64,000 bases of DNA from Octopus sinensis (lineage: Eukaryota): assembly GCF_006345805.1 (NCBI RefSeq), contig NC_042998.1, forward strand, positions 73,408,001 to 73,472,000. The letters run 5' to 3'. This document shows, piece after piece, positions 42,031 to 55,578 of the stretch (positions are counted from its first letter, which is position 1; every line of letters starts with the position of its first letter). The translations under genes were made by a program, and so were the position numbers. The notes under the pieces are model-generated. The model saw nothing but the letters and a program-made list of their open reading frames with translations, did not search any database and was not told where the DNA came from.

Positions 42031-45000
42031 AGATAACTGTTTTATTACTGTTCTATTTAGTATAACATATTTTATAGATCTTATTTAGTGTACAGTATAT
42101 AATGAATGTCTTCTAATACGCTAACCAAATCATTACAAGTAATCATTATATATTTTAAACACTTGTACAGTTTCTTTTTGGTAAGTATTATGTTAGTATT
42201 ATGTGTTACATTATCTATTGTTGTAATTATTATATATTTTATATATTATTGATTTACGTATAATATATATCATATTGTATATTGTTCCATCATTCAAACG
42301 AATTAATTATATATGTTATATGTATACACAATGGTTATTTATTTCACTATTGTACTGTATAATATTATATAATATTTGTTTACTCTTACATCAGTAATCG
42401 GATTTTTTTTCATATATTGTGTACTGCAAAATAGTCTTTCATTTCTTAGTATGCTAGAATAAAATTTGAGGAACAAATATCTATTATTTCTTATAAAGGA
42501 AATGAATATTCTTCTGTTATTATCTGTGTGTATGCATGATACCACTGTTTTTTTTTTTATCTTCGTAGTTACTAATTAGACAATCATTTATTTCTCTATC
42601 AATGTGTATGCAATGAAAATAAGTTGAATTGTTAATGACAGATTAGAAAGAAACAGCTGATAGAGATAACTATTTAGACCACAAGTGTTTCCGTTTTAAT
42701 GTTATGCTACTGCTATTTCAGAATAACTCAGATATGCATGCTGACAGTATTATCTTGATCGTTCTGCATTATCGTAAGAGTATATCACATTTAAATATGT
42801 TGTAAGCCACCATTCCCATGCTATAAACATCTGAAGTACAGTGGCATTCTGAATATTAAAGGAAATCTTATACATTTAGCTCAAATAAATATTAACATTC
42901 ACACGGTATATTGTCGAGTACTTCCAAGTACTAAAATTCGTTGGCACTACATGACTGGAAAGAATGAAAAAATATGGAAGTTTTCCATGTGTATACTAAT
43001 AAATGACCTTGAAGTTTGTAATGCGCTTGTTGAGTAGGAGTAAAACAAGGTTAGCAAAATATTGTGAAATATGAACTCCAACTTCCTTATTTAAGAGAAA
43101 TATAGAAATAATATCACCAAATGTAAAATTTTATTTCAAAAGGTTTAATCCCGAGAGAGTGTCTCCAGATGTCAATCAAAAAGTTTTACTATACAGAAAC
43201 CAACGAGAAAGCCTCTATTCCATCGTTCATACAACTAGAAATAGCAGACAACTCTCTCTCGAATCACGTTCTACATTCTCATGCAAGAACAGGAAGAAAA
43301 TAGATATTGATATCCAAAACACTTTGAAAGCAACACTGGATAGTCATACGGGAAATACGTTTAATCTTCGTTTCCTTAAGTTGACCTGGGATTAAAAAGC
43401 AACAAGAGTAACTGCCCACACATGTACAATATTAAGCTCAACCATAGAAACTTGAAAACAATGCTGCACTTTACTTTCTAAATTGCCTATTATCAATTCA
43501 GAAAACTGCAGGGAGCTGCATAGAATCTGATTACATCATCTCATCTTGTGATTTGCATTAATTCATTAGATTTCAAATGAATAGTCCCATCCGGAGTCAA
43601 TATCAGCAGGAAGATCGTATGATGTTCTCGGAGAAAATGTAATTAGAATAGGGATTGGGTTATAGGTCAGGTAGTTTGGGGCGTAGGTAATATAATAACA
43701 GGTTCTAAATCGCAAAGACCGTTACGGAAGAATAAGCGATGAGGTGATTGGTGACTGAGCCAATCACTCGTGTGTCTTTATTTTACATACGAATTGAAAT
43801 GCTACTGTGTGTAGCTACAGCAATAACCTCTCAGAAGTTGATGATGTATTATGATGCTTACTTTATAAATATTTGGGGGTTCAGAAGTGAAGTATTTCTT
43901 AACTCAGAACAGAAAGGCTAGTCTTGAAGATAAGTTCCTGTTTACATTAATCTGAGATGAATTGACGTCATATACATTGGATTAACTAAATATTGGTTAT
44001 GAGTTCCTTCTTGCTAATAATGTTTATCTGAAGATAAGAATTTTGTTGTATATTATGTCACCGGATATATTTCTTATTTAACCTAGCTATAGGTAATAGC
44101 TAGACAGGTGTCCTGTATATACGGATAGTCATCTCACAGTCATTGCATGTGGATTAGAACCTGTTCAGGATTAATCATGGCTAAAGCTATATTTTCTGCT
44201 CTTTATTACTTACCCCAAGGTTACAAGGAGGGAGCAGAACTATGACATTCTAGCTCACAGCATCCCAATTTTCATTTCAGATATTGTTTATCTCAGACTA
44301 CATCATTCAATTTCCTATTCTTTTCAGATCAGTCGCGTGCTGCTTGAGGGATATTTGGTTATTTCTTCAAAGACTGAGAAACAAGTAGATTACGTAGATA
44401 AGTTCCATTGTCATTAGTTGAAGAGACTCCGATTTATACACTGTACTTAAATATACATATAAACGCATCAGTGGATAACTGCCTAAAACAGCTTTGTAAA
44501 TATTAAGTTCGCTGTCAGGCTATGTCACAGTACCACCTGCTTTGTACAAACTATACAAGATATGTAGTTTTTAAATATATAATTAAGCGTAGGAGTATGC
44601 TTCTACTTTTCATTTAAGTGAACGTTCTAGTGACATGCATACTTTAATATATTTTCTAGAATACACAATTTGGAGTAATCTGAGCAGCGATCAGAATGCC
44701 AACTAATACAGTAATTTAATGTTGCAACAAGTGTGATAGTTATCAACAGGATATATTGGTATTGTTTATCTGATTGTTTTCCATGCCAAGACTAAAATGT
44801 CAGTTTACAATGCCTTTTGTTTGTAGCTATAAAGTGTTAAACTCTAATTAATAACTTCCTGCGAAAACAAGTGTCAGGCATCAAGTGAGGGTAAATTCTG
44901 GATATTCCAGAAAATTTGAATGCGTCCAGTGGTAGACTTTACATGGTCATTGCTATTCATTTATGCAGAATGTATCAGTAAGTATGATCTATAATAATTT

Positions 45001-45146
45001 TATTTTTTATTGCATTTGTTAAATAACGGATTTGTCGGTTACAGCTTTTCGTTACATTTCCAACAAACTGAAAGAGAAAACAGTGTCTGAAACACGGAAC
45101 ATTAGTATTATTTCAAGGAAAATCTTTTACGAAACAGCGGGTGCTT

Positions 45147-45513
<367 letters not shown>

Positions 45514-45515
<2 letters not shown>

Positions 45516-46895
45516 TTTTAAAGGGATTGACGTAACTCTTCACAAAAGTAAGTAGTCAAGACGAAAAGCGCGATTCGATTTTAAGATATTTTATTGGGTA
45601 AACGATATTTCAACAGTACGTCTGTCTTTCTCAAGTTCAAAATAAGTGATAAAAATTCAAAATTATAGAAATTTAAACGTAAAGTATGAAAACTGAGCAA
45701 CCACCGTTGAGGGAATGGCATCATCAGTTTTTAAGTTGCAATTTTATAACAGACGAAAAGAAAAACACAGAAAGAAACAGAAAAAAGAAGACGACAGAAC
45801 AGGGAAAGAAAAAGAGAGAAAGAAGAATATTTAATCGGACAGTTTTCTATAAATTTGATGATATTTTCTTGTCATCTTATTCCTTCCTCCAGGGCGTGAT
45901 GTTAATAACCCTCAAAGATATTTCTCCTCATATATTCTGAGCAGTGAAATTGAAGCAGAATCAGAATATTTTCTGAGAATATGCACTTCAAGTCTTCTTC
46001 AAAATTGCAGCTGCTTGAAACGAAATGTTCAGCAAGTTCTGCGAGCTAATGTTATTTTGCCTGACGTCGAATCTGTGCCCATTAAGTTGTGCTTCGTGCA
46101 TTCTGCAGGGATTCAGCAAGTGGGAATCCTTATATGTTGCACCTTCTATAGAAATCATGACATTTCTGTTATGATTTCTGATGGAATTCACTTCATTCAT
46201 GTTGTTGCATAATGAACAGGGCTTACCTCTCTTGCGGCTATTCTTTAAAGTACAACGGGCAGGTATTCCAATGTTCGTTTTCTTGGAGTCGGAAATAGAG
46301 GTCAATAATTCTCTTATATTCTTATTCTGTCTAAATGCTACAAATTGGTGGCAGAAGAAATATCTGTTTGAAACGAGGATATTTTTTCGCCACATCCTGG
46401 TAACTTTCTTCCAACAGTTTTGCAATGCCAGCGAAATTTAGATGCCAGCTAATTACTAAGGGAATTCTGTCAAATACTGTATTGAGTTTGCTAAAATTAT
46501 GCGTGAAGGTTTGACTATCTTTGCTAATCTTAGCTATTTTATTTGCTATTACCTTTAATAGTGGTATTTCCTTTAATCGTGATTCACTGTAACCGCGTTT
46601 GACATAATGATATACAAATGCATTTGCATATTTCCAGTAATCTCCTATGTCGGTACAAATCCGTTTTATCCTCAAAAATTGGGATTTCGGATTTGAGCGA
46701 ATAAGATGATGTGGATGATAGGAGCGGCGGTGGAGATAAATGTGGGATGACGTGGGCTTGCAAAATAACTCTGTCACTATTCTGTCTCCAGAAAACTTGA
46801 CTTCTGTATCCCCAAAATTCAACAATTTTTGAAAAACTAGACGGAAATTTATGTTTGACTTAAAGCCATAGTTTGTAGCATAACAATCACAGAAA
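45514..46895 (-). mobile_element. Second, older Penelope-like element, 5'-truncated
   Basis: Peptides FGDTEV...LFCKPTSSHIYLHRRSYHP...KSQFLRIKRIC...KRGY (RT thumb) and FRQNKNIRELL...PCSLC (GIY-YIG linker); degenerate hammerhead at 45599-45639. Confidence 0.88.
45599..45639 (-). ncRNA. Degenerate minimal hammerhead motif (C3U, G8A)
   Basis: AAC-TTGAGAA-A-GACAG-ACGTA-CTGTT-GAAA-TA-TC-GTT, in the same position relative to the Penelope ORF as the 35605 motif. Confidence 0.5.
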
Positions 46896-46904
46896 TGCAA
46901 GAAG

Positions 46905-46939
46905 GGATTATTATCATCATCAGCAGCAGCAGCAGTTGC

Positions 46940-47005
<66 letters not shown>

Positions 47006-47035
47006 TGTAGTAGTAGTAGTAGTAGTAGTAGAAGT

Positions 47036-47115
<80 letters not shown>

Positions 47116-47116
47116 A
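46905..47116 (+). repeat. (AGC)n/(AGT)n array
   Basis: Read directly from the sequence. Confidence 0.95.
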
Positions 47117-47620
47117 ATTAAGTGTGCTTTTTACTTCAAATATTTTGCCGTTTCACATTGGTGAAAAGCTTGTGCACACATATGCACCCACGTAAACATT
47201 TATACATGCACGCACACACACACACAGATGCACAAACGTGCACATGGGCGTGGCTTAAAACGCGTGTGTATGTTCGTGCACATGTAGGTATACTTCCTTA
47301 AGCCGTCGTTCCTCTTGTACCTTATGAATGAAACTGTATACACGGAAACTGCGCAGAATCCTGTTTGGTTGATTGCATCAGTAAAAGCAACAAGTGCAGC
47401 GATGTCACACATTGTGTCCCAACGGTACTACGTGAGAATTAGGTTAATGGTATCCATATGCGCGTACTATTCTGCGACTTTCACATTGGTTCTGGAGCAA
47501 GTAATTACGCTGATGGAAAACCTGTATACTCATAGATGAAAGACCATATCATGGGTATGCGTGCATGCAGATGCTTTTGGTGAGGGTGATGCATACATAC
47601 ATACACACACACACACACAT

Positions 47621-47687
<67 letters not shown>

Positions 47688-47699
47688 ACAACTTTTTGC

Positions 47700-47891
47700 G
47701 TAATAAGATAAAACACCAAGGCTGTATATTCTATATCAGCGTGTGTATGTTGCGAATGGAACCAACGTTGAACCCTTTATTCGCAATATTTCCGAATCTG
47801 GAACTTAACAATGGTCTGTCTATAGCACTTATTCAGCATTACCTGACACCTTTGGGTCTCAATGACACCATTATCTCTTATAACCTCAACT

Positions 47892-47922
<31 letters not shown>

Positions 47923-48060
47923 GACCATTTTACATACTACTGTCATGGCACTCCCACATTCTTCTTCTTCTTCCTTTTCTTCTTCTTCCTCTTCTTCTCC
48001 TTCTCCTTCTCCTTCTTCTTCCCTACCAAGAATTCACAAGAAATGGAAGAGAACATAAGA
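47700..48060 (+). mobile_element. Penelope 3' UTR fragment related to the 35521-37850 element
   Basis: tgaccatt...ggcactccca...ccctaccaagaattcac matches the reverse complement of 35791-35885. The upstream boundary is uncertain. Confidence 0.6.
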
Positions 48061-48324
48061 ATATTCTAATACAGAAATTCCATTCACAAGACTATCAAGT
48101 TTACAACTGTCCACCACTCATACTTAACGAACTATGACTAAACTCTGTAGAATAATTGTACCATACTGTTTGTATTAATTTTGATCTATACAAGGTTATC
48201 ATCTAGTTTCTCAAAGTATATTGTCACTTAGGTTTCTGATCGTTATTGGTTAAGTTACGACACAAGACGATAGTTATTCTGAACAAAAAACCAAATGCTC
48301 ACATGTTGGTGTTGATATGCATAT

Positions 48325-48358
<34 letters not shown>

Positions 48359-49345
48359 ACACACACACACACATACTAAGCACGAAGTTAATAACCTGGA
48401 AAATAAGATTGCAGGAGCAGATTGCAGAAACAGATACTAATTTCTTAGTCTACAACAGAACTAAACGCGTATATATTTGTATACACTTCACATACCTTTA
48501 AAATATGTAAATTCACACATACACATATGGTTATGTATGTATATATATATATATATACATATGCATTTGTGTGCGTGCGTGTGTGTATGTGTGTTTGTAT
48601 ACACTTATATGCGTGTGCGTTTATGGATGGATAGATGAATGTAAATTAGTGTTTGCGATGTGGAAAGTCCGTGTACGTATTTGCGTGTTTCTGTGTATGT
48701 GTGTGTGTGCGTGTGTGTGTATATGTGTGTGTGTATGTGTGTGTATGTGGGTGTGCATGCGTGAGTGAGGGTTTCACTAGACGCTTGTGTCAAATATTGT
48801 GAGATAAAGAGACACACAGAAATGGATAAGTAGGATGTGTTAAGTATGTATCTGTTTGTTAGATTCGTAACTAACGAGTTGACTGTTTTACTCATTTCTG
48901 GCAGAGCTATTGTGTAATATTTCCTATGCACATATAGTTGAAACCGACTGTAACAGAGGCAGAGGAATAGAGATAAGTTTCTTTTGTATTTCTTACTTTA
49001 TTAAAATTTGGCTTAAAACAATAGTAAACAGGAAATTCCATTCTCAATCTCCGTCAATACATACTGAACGTAGAAATTATCTAGACTTCATTATTTCGTG
49101 GTCTTCTATCTTTCTAAGCCTTCTTCATAATTTTCTTGTTATTGTTCTTCATCTTCTCTATCTTCTTTTTCTTCTTCCTCTTCTTTTTGTCTTCATCTTC
49201 TTCTTTTATTTTTTTATTTTTCTTCTTTTTCTTCCTCTTCTTCTCCTCCTCCTCCTACTCCTCTTCCTATTACTACTATTTCTTTTCCTTCTTTTCTTTT
49301 TATTAACACTACTACTTTCTTCTTTTTCTTCGTCGTGGCCGAATC

Positions 49346-50340
49346 CTTAGCACGCCAGGCGTAATGCTTAGCAGCATTTTGTCTTCACGATCTGAGTTCA
49401 AATTCCGCCGAGGTCGACTTTGCCTTTCATCCTTTCGGGGTCGATAAACTAACTACAAGTGAAACACTGGAGTCAATGTAATCGACTAGCCCCCTCTCCC
49501 AAATTTCAGGCCTTGTGCCTATAGTAGAAAGGATTATTATTATTATCGGGACGGCGAGCTGGCAGAATCGTTAGCACGCTGGATGAAATGCTTAGCGGTA
49601 ATTCACCCATCGCTCAGTTCTGAGTTCAAATTACACCGAGGTCGACTTAACCTTTCATCGTTTCAGAGTCGATAAAATAAGTACCAGTTGAGCACTGGGA
49701 TCAATGTGATAGACTCATCCCACTCCCCACAAAGTTCAGGTATCATTATTTTTATTATTGTTGTTTTCGTTATTCTGGTTCACTGGGTTCAACGATTTTA
49801 CGTTATAAATTCAAATTCCGACAACGTTGATTTTCCCCTTCCACGGTTGATAAAATAAGTGCCAGTTCAGCGCCGAAGTGGACTGTAATCGACGAACCTC
49901 GTCCCCCAAAATTGCAGGGCTTGTGCCCACAGTAGAAAGGAATATTAATCTTTTCTATTCTAGGCACAAGGTCCGAAATTTTGGGGTGCGAGCCAGTCGA
50001 TAAGATCGATCTCAGTACACAACTGGTATTTAATTTATCGACCCTGAAAGGATGAAAGGCAAAGTCGACCTCGGCGGAAAGAGAACTCTGAACGTAAAGG
50101 CGCACGAAATACTGCTAAGCATTTCGACCGGCGTACTAACGATTTATATTTCTTTATTACCCACAAGGGGCTAAACGTAGAGGGGGCAAACAAGGACAGA
50201 CAAACGGATTAAGTCTATTACATCGATCCAGTGCGTAACTGGTCCTTCATTTATCGACCCCGAAAGGAATAAAGGCAAAGTCGACCTCGGCGGAATTTGA
50301 ACTCAGAACGTAACGGTGTTCTTTACTATTCCACGAGGTC
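49346..50340. mobile_element. Cluster of five SINE family B copies (+,+,+,-,-)
   Basis: Copies at about 49346-49546 (+), 49549-49740 (+), 49808-49946 (+), 49947-50143 (-) and 50146-50340 (-). Confidence 0.9.
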
Positions 50341-50798
50341 GCTGCCTTAGAAAGGATTATTATTATAACTGCTATTAGTAGTAGTAATTGTAGTAGATGC
50401 GACAACAACAGCAGTAGTAGCTGTAGAAGCAGCAGCAGCAGCGGTGGTAGTAGTAGTAGTAGTTGTTGTTGTTGTTATTGTTGTGTTATTGAGAAGGAAG
50501 AATGAGGTTGATGACTTTCATTCTAGATTCTTATTTCTGCGTAGCTCTGCTTCTTCCTGCTTTCAAAAGCATTTCCTCTCTCTCTCTCTTTCTCCCTCTC
50601 TCTCTCCCTTTCTCTATCTATCTCTCTTTCCTCTCTTTTCCTCTCCTCATCACTCTTTTTTTATTTCGTTTGTACATGTTTCTCCTAGCCTATTTAATGA
50701 GTAGTGCATAAGAGTGTGGTTATGATATATCTGCTGTATGTTTGTGTACATTTATATATTCCTTTATTCTTTTATTCCTTTATATGCTTTATATGCTT

Positions 50799-50856
<58 letters not shown>

Positions 50857-50897
50857 ACAAACACACATATACTTATATTATCTGTTATCTTTTCATA

Positions 50898-51600
50898 TAC
50901 ACGTTTCAGTGATTAGACTGCGGCCATGCTGGAGCACCGCCTTGAATTTTTTGTTGAATCAATCGACCCCAGTACTTATCTTTTAAACCTGGTAATCATT
51001 ATATCACTCTGCTTTGCCGAACTGCTAAGTTACGGGAAAGTAAACACACCCACACCGGTTGTCAAGTGGTGATGGGGGACACGCCCCCATATATATATAT
51101 GTGTGTGTGTTTATATATATATATACATATATATATATATACGACGGGCTTCTTTCAGTTTCCGTCTACGAAATCCACTCACGGGGCTTTGTTTGGTTCG
51201 AGGCTATAGTAGAAGACACTAACCCAACGTGTCATGCAGTGCGACTGAACCCGGAGCCATGTGGTTGGGAAGCAAGCTTCTAACACCACAGTCACTCCTG
51301 CGCACATATATGGGGAAACATTGCAAACTACTATGTAGTAAGAAGCTTACTTCCAAACCACATGGTCCTGGGTTCAATCCCACTGCGTAGCACCTTGGGT
51401 AAGTGTCTTTTACAATAGCCTCTGGCCGAACAAAGCTTTGTGAGGGGATTTGGGAGACCGACACTGAAAGAAGCCCGTCGTATATGTAAGTACCAGGCTA
51501 GGAAAGAATAAGTCCTGGAGTCAATTTCTTCGACTAAAAGATGGTGTTCCAGCATGGCCGCAGTCAAACGACTGAAACAAATAAAAGAATAAAAGAATAT
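50898..51600. mobile_element. Head-to-head pair of SINE family A copies (50898-51304 minus, 51331-51600 plus)
   Basis: Both align to family A; the plus copy lacks the internal microsatellite and part of the 3' module. Confidence 0.88.
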
Positions 51601-51955
51601 ATATAAAGAAGAAATATTACATTTCTAAATCTCTCAGAGACAGTTATGCAGTAACAGCGCGATAAAGTGATGGTTCATTGCCAACTTAATGTGGCAGTCC
51701 TAGGAAAGGGAAGAATGCTGATCTTATATAGCCCCAAGGCGTATCTTGTCGTGAATTCCTCGAAATATGGAGTAGAAAACAACCGACAACTGTTTTCCAT
51801 TTATTTTTCCGTTTAAGGTAAAACAAAGTTCGTATTCCATGTCTTCGTATTTCGTATTTCATGTTGTTTACGTTCTATGACGTCCTGTAGCCATATATGC
51901 ATATATAACTAAGTATGTACATATATGTATATATAACTAAGTATGTACATACATG

Positions 51956-51988
<33 letters not shown>

Positions 51989-52211
51989 TATATATATATA
52001 TATATATTATATATATATATATATATTATTTATATCATTATACGATTGAACGTTACGCATCCATTTCCGAGTAAGCTTTATCTTATACACACACACACAC
52101 ACACATATATATATAAAATATGTATATATTTGTATATATATATATATCTTTACAGATATAGGGTGAAAGATAATTAATTTAATTAATTTAACCCATATAA
52201 TTATAATTATG

Positions 52212-52253
<42 letters not shown>

Positions 52254-52945
52254 GTGTGTGTGTGTGTGTGTGTGTATACATACACATATATGAGTGTGTA
52301 TGTATATATATATACATATATATATATTATGTATCTATGCATCTGTGTATCTTTGTCTGTATTATGTATGTCAATAAATATATATGTGCGTGTCTATGTA
52401 TGTTTATATTTGCATACACACACACACTTGCATATAATGCCCATCAATCCAAACTATGCATGACATGGTCGTATGTATCACGCTTTACTAGAATTTTATG
52501 TCCTTAAGTTGTCGCTTGTAGACATAGTGCTACTCGTTATTCTTTTAGTCATTTGCACTACATCGCTAATGTGACACTGGGATGGACAAGGCTAGCAATC
52601 TTTTACTAAATTCTTGTGCACTTCTAACTATGTGGACTGCAATAAGGAAGAAATACTAGAGAAAGAGGCACAGGGACAACCGGATAGATATATAGATATA
52701 TAATTATATAGAGAGATACAGAGAGAGTGAGTGAGTGAGTGAGTGAGTGAGTGAGTGAGTGAGACAGCTCCTGTAAGTCACTACTGCGATGGTGGTCGCC
52801 TCGTTCCGATACTCGTATTTTTAACTCAAGTCTATGAAGAGAGTTTCTCAGACAAAAGGCCCAGCATCATATAATGATGATAATGATAATGACGAAGATG
52901 ATGAGGATGATGATGATGATGATTATTATTATTATGATTATTATT

Positions 52946-53009
<64 letters not shown>

Positions 53010-53012
<3 letters not shown>

Positions 53013-53603
53013 TACATTGGAAGTGTTATCATGTACATTGGAAGTGTTATCATGTATAATAGAAGTGTTATCATGTACATTGGAAGTGTTATCATGTACA
53101 TTGGAAGTGTTATCATGTACATTGTTTTGTCTTGGTATAAAAGATGGGCTACAGCAAATATTCTGCTCAATACCACAGATTTGCTTGTCAGTTGTTTGAC
53201 TTTAACCAGTTCAGCATGTCCCTTAGTGGCTGACGATATGTGCATCTCTGATCACGAGCAGAAGTAGTGGGGGAGCATCATAGCCATGTGTTGAGAGGGA
53301 TTCTTTGGGGTTTGAATGATTCACCTCTGGAAACATGGGTGGTTCTTTCAACATCCTTAAACAACCCTTATTCAGGGACCTTTTGAGCGGGATGGGCTAC
53401 TCAACCTGAAGAAAATTCTAACTGGGCCCCACCTGCAAGGTCATGTGCTGTTTATCTTGATATGAGATCACCATGTCGCGCACATATGGTTGTGATGCAT
53501 GTGCCTGGTGTACCTTTATCAGACGGGTAGTCATGATGGGTATATTGGGCTTCGTATATTTTACCCCAGTGTCACTTTGATGGCATGCACTGCTCTCTCA
53601 CTC
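53010..53603. mobile_element. Unclassified ~480-bp ORF-less element (family C) with terminal 21-bp tandem repeats, flanked by (AAT)n
   Basis: Highly similar to 60643-61107. About five copies of tgtacattggaagtgttatca at 53010-53120. Confidence 0.8.
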
Positions 53604-53626
53604 AATAATAATAACAATAATAATGG

Positions 53627-53740
53627 TTTTATTTTATTTGCCACAAGGGCGAAATATATGGAATCTTACATATAACAAAAATTATATCAAAAAAAAATAA
53701 GTATACTCGGCATACACTGAAAAAGAAGGGACATATACAA
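53627..53740 (-). mobile_element. 3' end of an L1/Tx1-like LINE
   Basis: tttatttgccacaagggcgaa...cttacatataa...gtatacKcggYatacactRaaaaagaag is shared with the 3' UTR at 61128-61280. Confidence 0.75.
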
Positions 53741-53759
53741 AGTAAACAAAGGTTTAAAA

Positions 53760-55175
53760 AAAAGTGTCGGGGAGGATGATAGAGCTGTAACCCTCACCAC
53801 AAATGGACTGACCAACTATATTGAAACGTCTAACGAGTGAATGCTAAATCTCATTGAAAAGCATGAAAGCCGTAAGAAGCTTTATTCTGTCATGAAGGAG
53901 AGCAAAATTTTGCAAGTGAGTTCATGCATTATACGCAAGTTGAACAGCTTGATGAAAGAGCGGCAACCGTTGTCGTAAAGAAGGTGAAAACAACGGCAAA
54001 GAAAAATGCATTTGAACAATTGGCTGATAGGTGGGAGCAAAAACCGCTACATGGCAAATATGCGGCACATAGCAAACAAGTTGATGTTATGATCTCAGTT
54101 TGCCATGATGTGATTATGTTGGATCTTCTCCCACGCAATACCACCGTTGACAGGGATGCCTACTGCGAACAAATAGACCGTGTAAAGTCGCGCTGGGCGA
54201 AAAACGCTCAAATTTGAAGATTTACCACGAAGACAGCACGCCAGAACATCGTGCAGAGAAGACGTCAGAGAAGCTGAAGGAGGCGGGCTGAGAGATTATG
54301 GTGCGCCTACCGTATTCTCCTGATCTTGCCCCTTCTGATGACCACTTATTCTCTGCCTTGCAATGCGTGATTGGCGATAAAGAGTTCGAAAACAAAGACG
54401 TTGTGAAATCATTCCTTTACGATTTTATTGATTCAAAGCCACGCGATTTCTGGATGAAAGGATTCAAAACTTTGCCTGAAACATGGCAAAAGGTGATCGA
54501 TAATGAGAGTTACTACCTTTTGGATAGATTGTTTATTGTTGTTTTTAATTGTTAATAAAGTGATATGTTAAATCTGTCCATGAACTTACTTACCAAACTG
54601 ATATATATATATACATAACCATCAAAGCTAATAAACAAGGTATTGTTGTGAAAGACGAAAACAATAAAGTCCGCTTATTGATCGATATGAGCATACATTG
54701 TGATAATGATATCTCGGCAAATGCATTTGATAAGCTCAGAAAATATGAAAACTTGCTCACTGAAAAAAAAAAAATGCAGCATCTCAAGACGGCTACCATA
54801 CCAGTGATTGCAGGAGCAGTTGGAATGATCAAAAAAGGAACTGAAAATTATTTGAGGATGATCCATGACATACCATCCAAGCATGAAATGCAAAAGATTG
54901 TTGACGTATAGAGAGGAGCATTGTCGCTGTGAATTTTCTTTCATTTTCCACCTTTATTTTCTTTGTTTTCTTTTTCATTATTTCCCTATTTTTCTTCTTT
55001 CCTTTTCTTTCTTTCTTTCTTTCTTTCTTCACCTTTCTTTGTATCACATGACGTTGTAAATGAACAATCGGATGTGTTTCTTTTGATGACCTGACAATGT
55101 ATACAGTGAGTTTATTTGCCCTAGGTGTCGGTAAGACACTTGATAAGTATTGGAAACAAAATTGAAAGAGGATAG
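53760..55175 (+). mobile_element. R4/Dong-clade non-LTR element fragment interrupted by mariner
   Basis: Contains WEQKPLHGKY (post-RT motif) and an RLE domain (LLIDMSIHCD...KLRKYENL...IPVIAGAVGMI). The 3' UTR gccctagg motif is followed by an (AAC/AAT)n array. Confidence 0.8.
54089..54602 (+). mobile_element. Mariner transposase 3' fragment with right TIR
   Basis: LDLLPRNTTVDRDAYCEQI, YHEDSTPEH and LPYSPDLAPSDDHLF motifs; ends ...gaacttacttaccaaactgata followed by TA. Confidence 0.9.
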
Positions 55176-55505
55176 TAACAACAACAACAGCAACAACAAC
55201 AACAACAATAATAATAATAATAATAATAACAACAACAACAACAACAACAACAATAATAATAATAACAACAACAACAACAACAACAACAATAATAATAATA
55301 TAATAACAACAACAACAACAATAATAATAATAATAACAACTACAACAACAACAACAATAATAATAATAATAATAACAACTACAACAACAACAACAATAAT
55401 AATAATAATAATAACAACTACAACAACAACAACAACAACAATAATAATAATAATAACAACAACAACAACAACAATAATAATAATAATAACAACAACAACA
55501 ACAAC

Positions 55506-55552
<47 letters not shown>

Positions 55553-55578
55553 CAACAACAACAACAATAATAATAATA
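55176..55578 (+). repeat. (AAC)n/(AAT)n array with higher-order periodicity
   Basis: Alternating blocks, with a variant aactac unit repeated three times. Confidence 0.95.

Noticed and set aside
53010-53120. Regular 21-bp repeats resembling a CRISPR array
   Set aside because: Directly tandem with no spacers, eukaryotic context, no cas genes.
53480-53603. Possible HDV-like ribozyme at the end of family C
   Set aside because: I could not build the nested double pseudoknot; there is no P2 partner for the sequence after CGAA.
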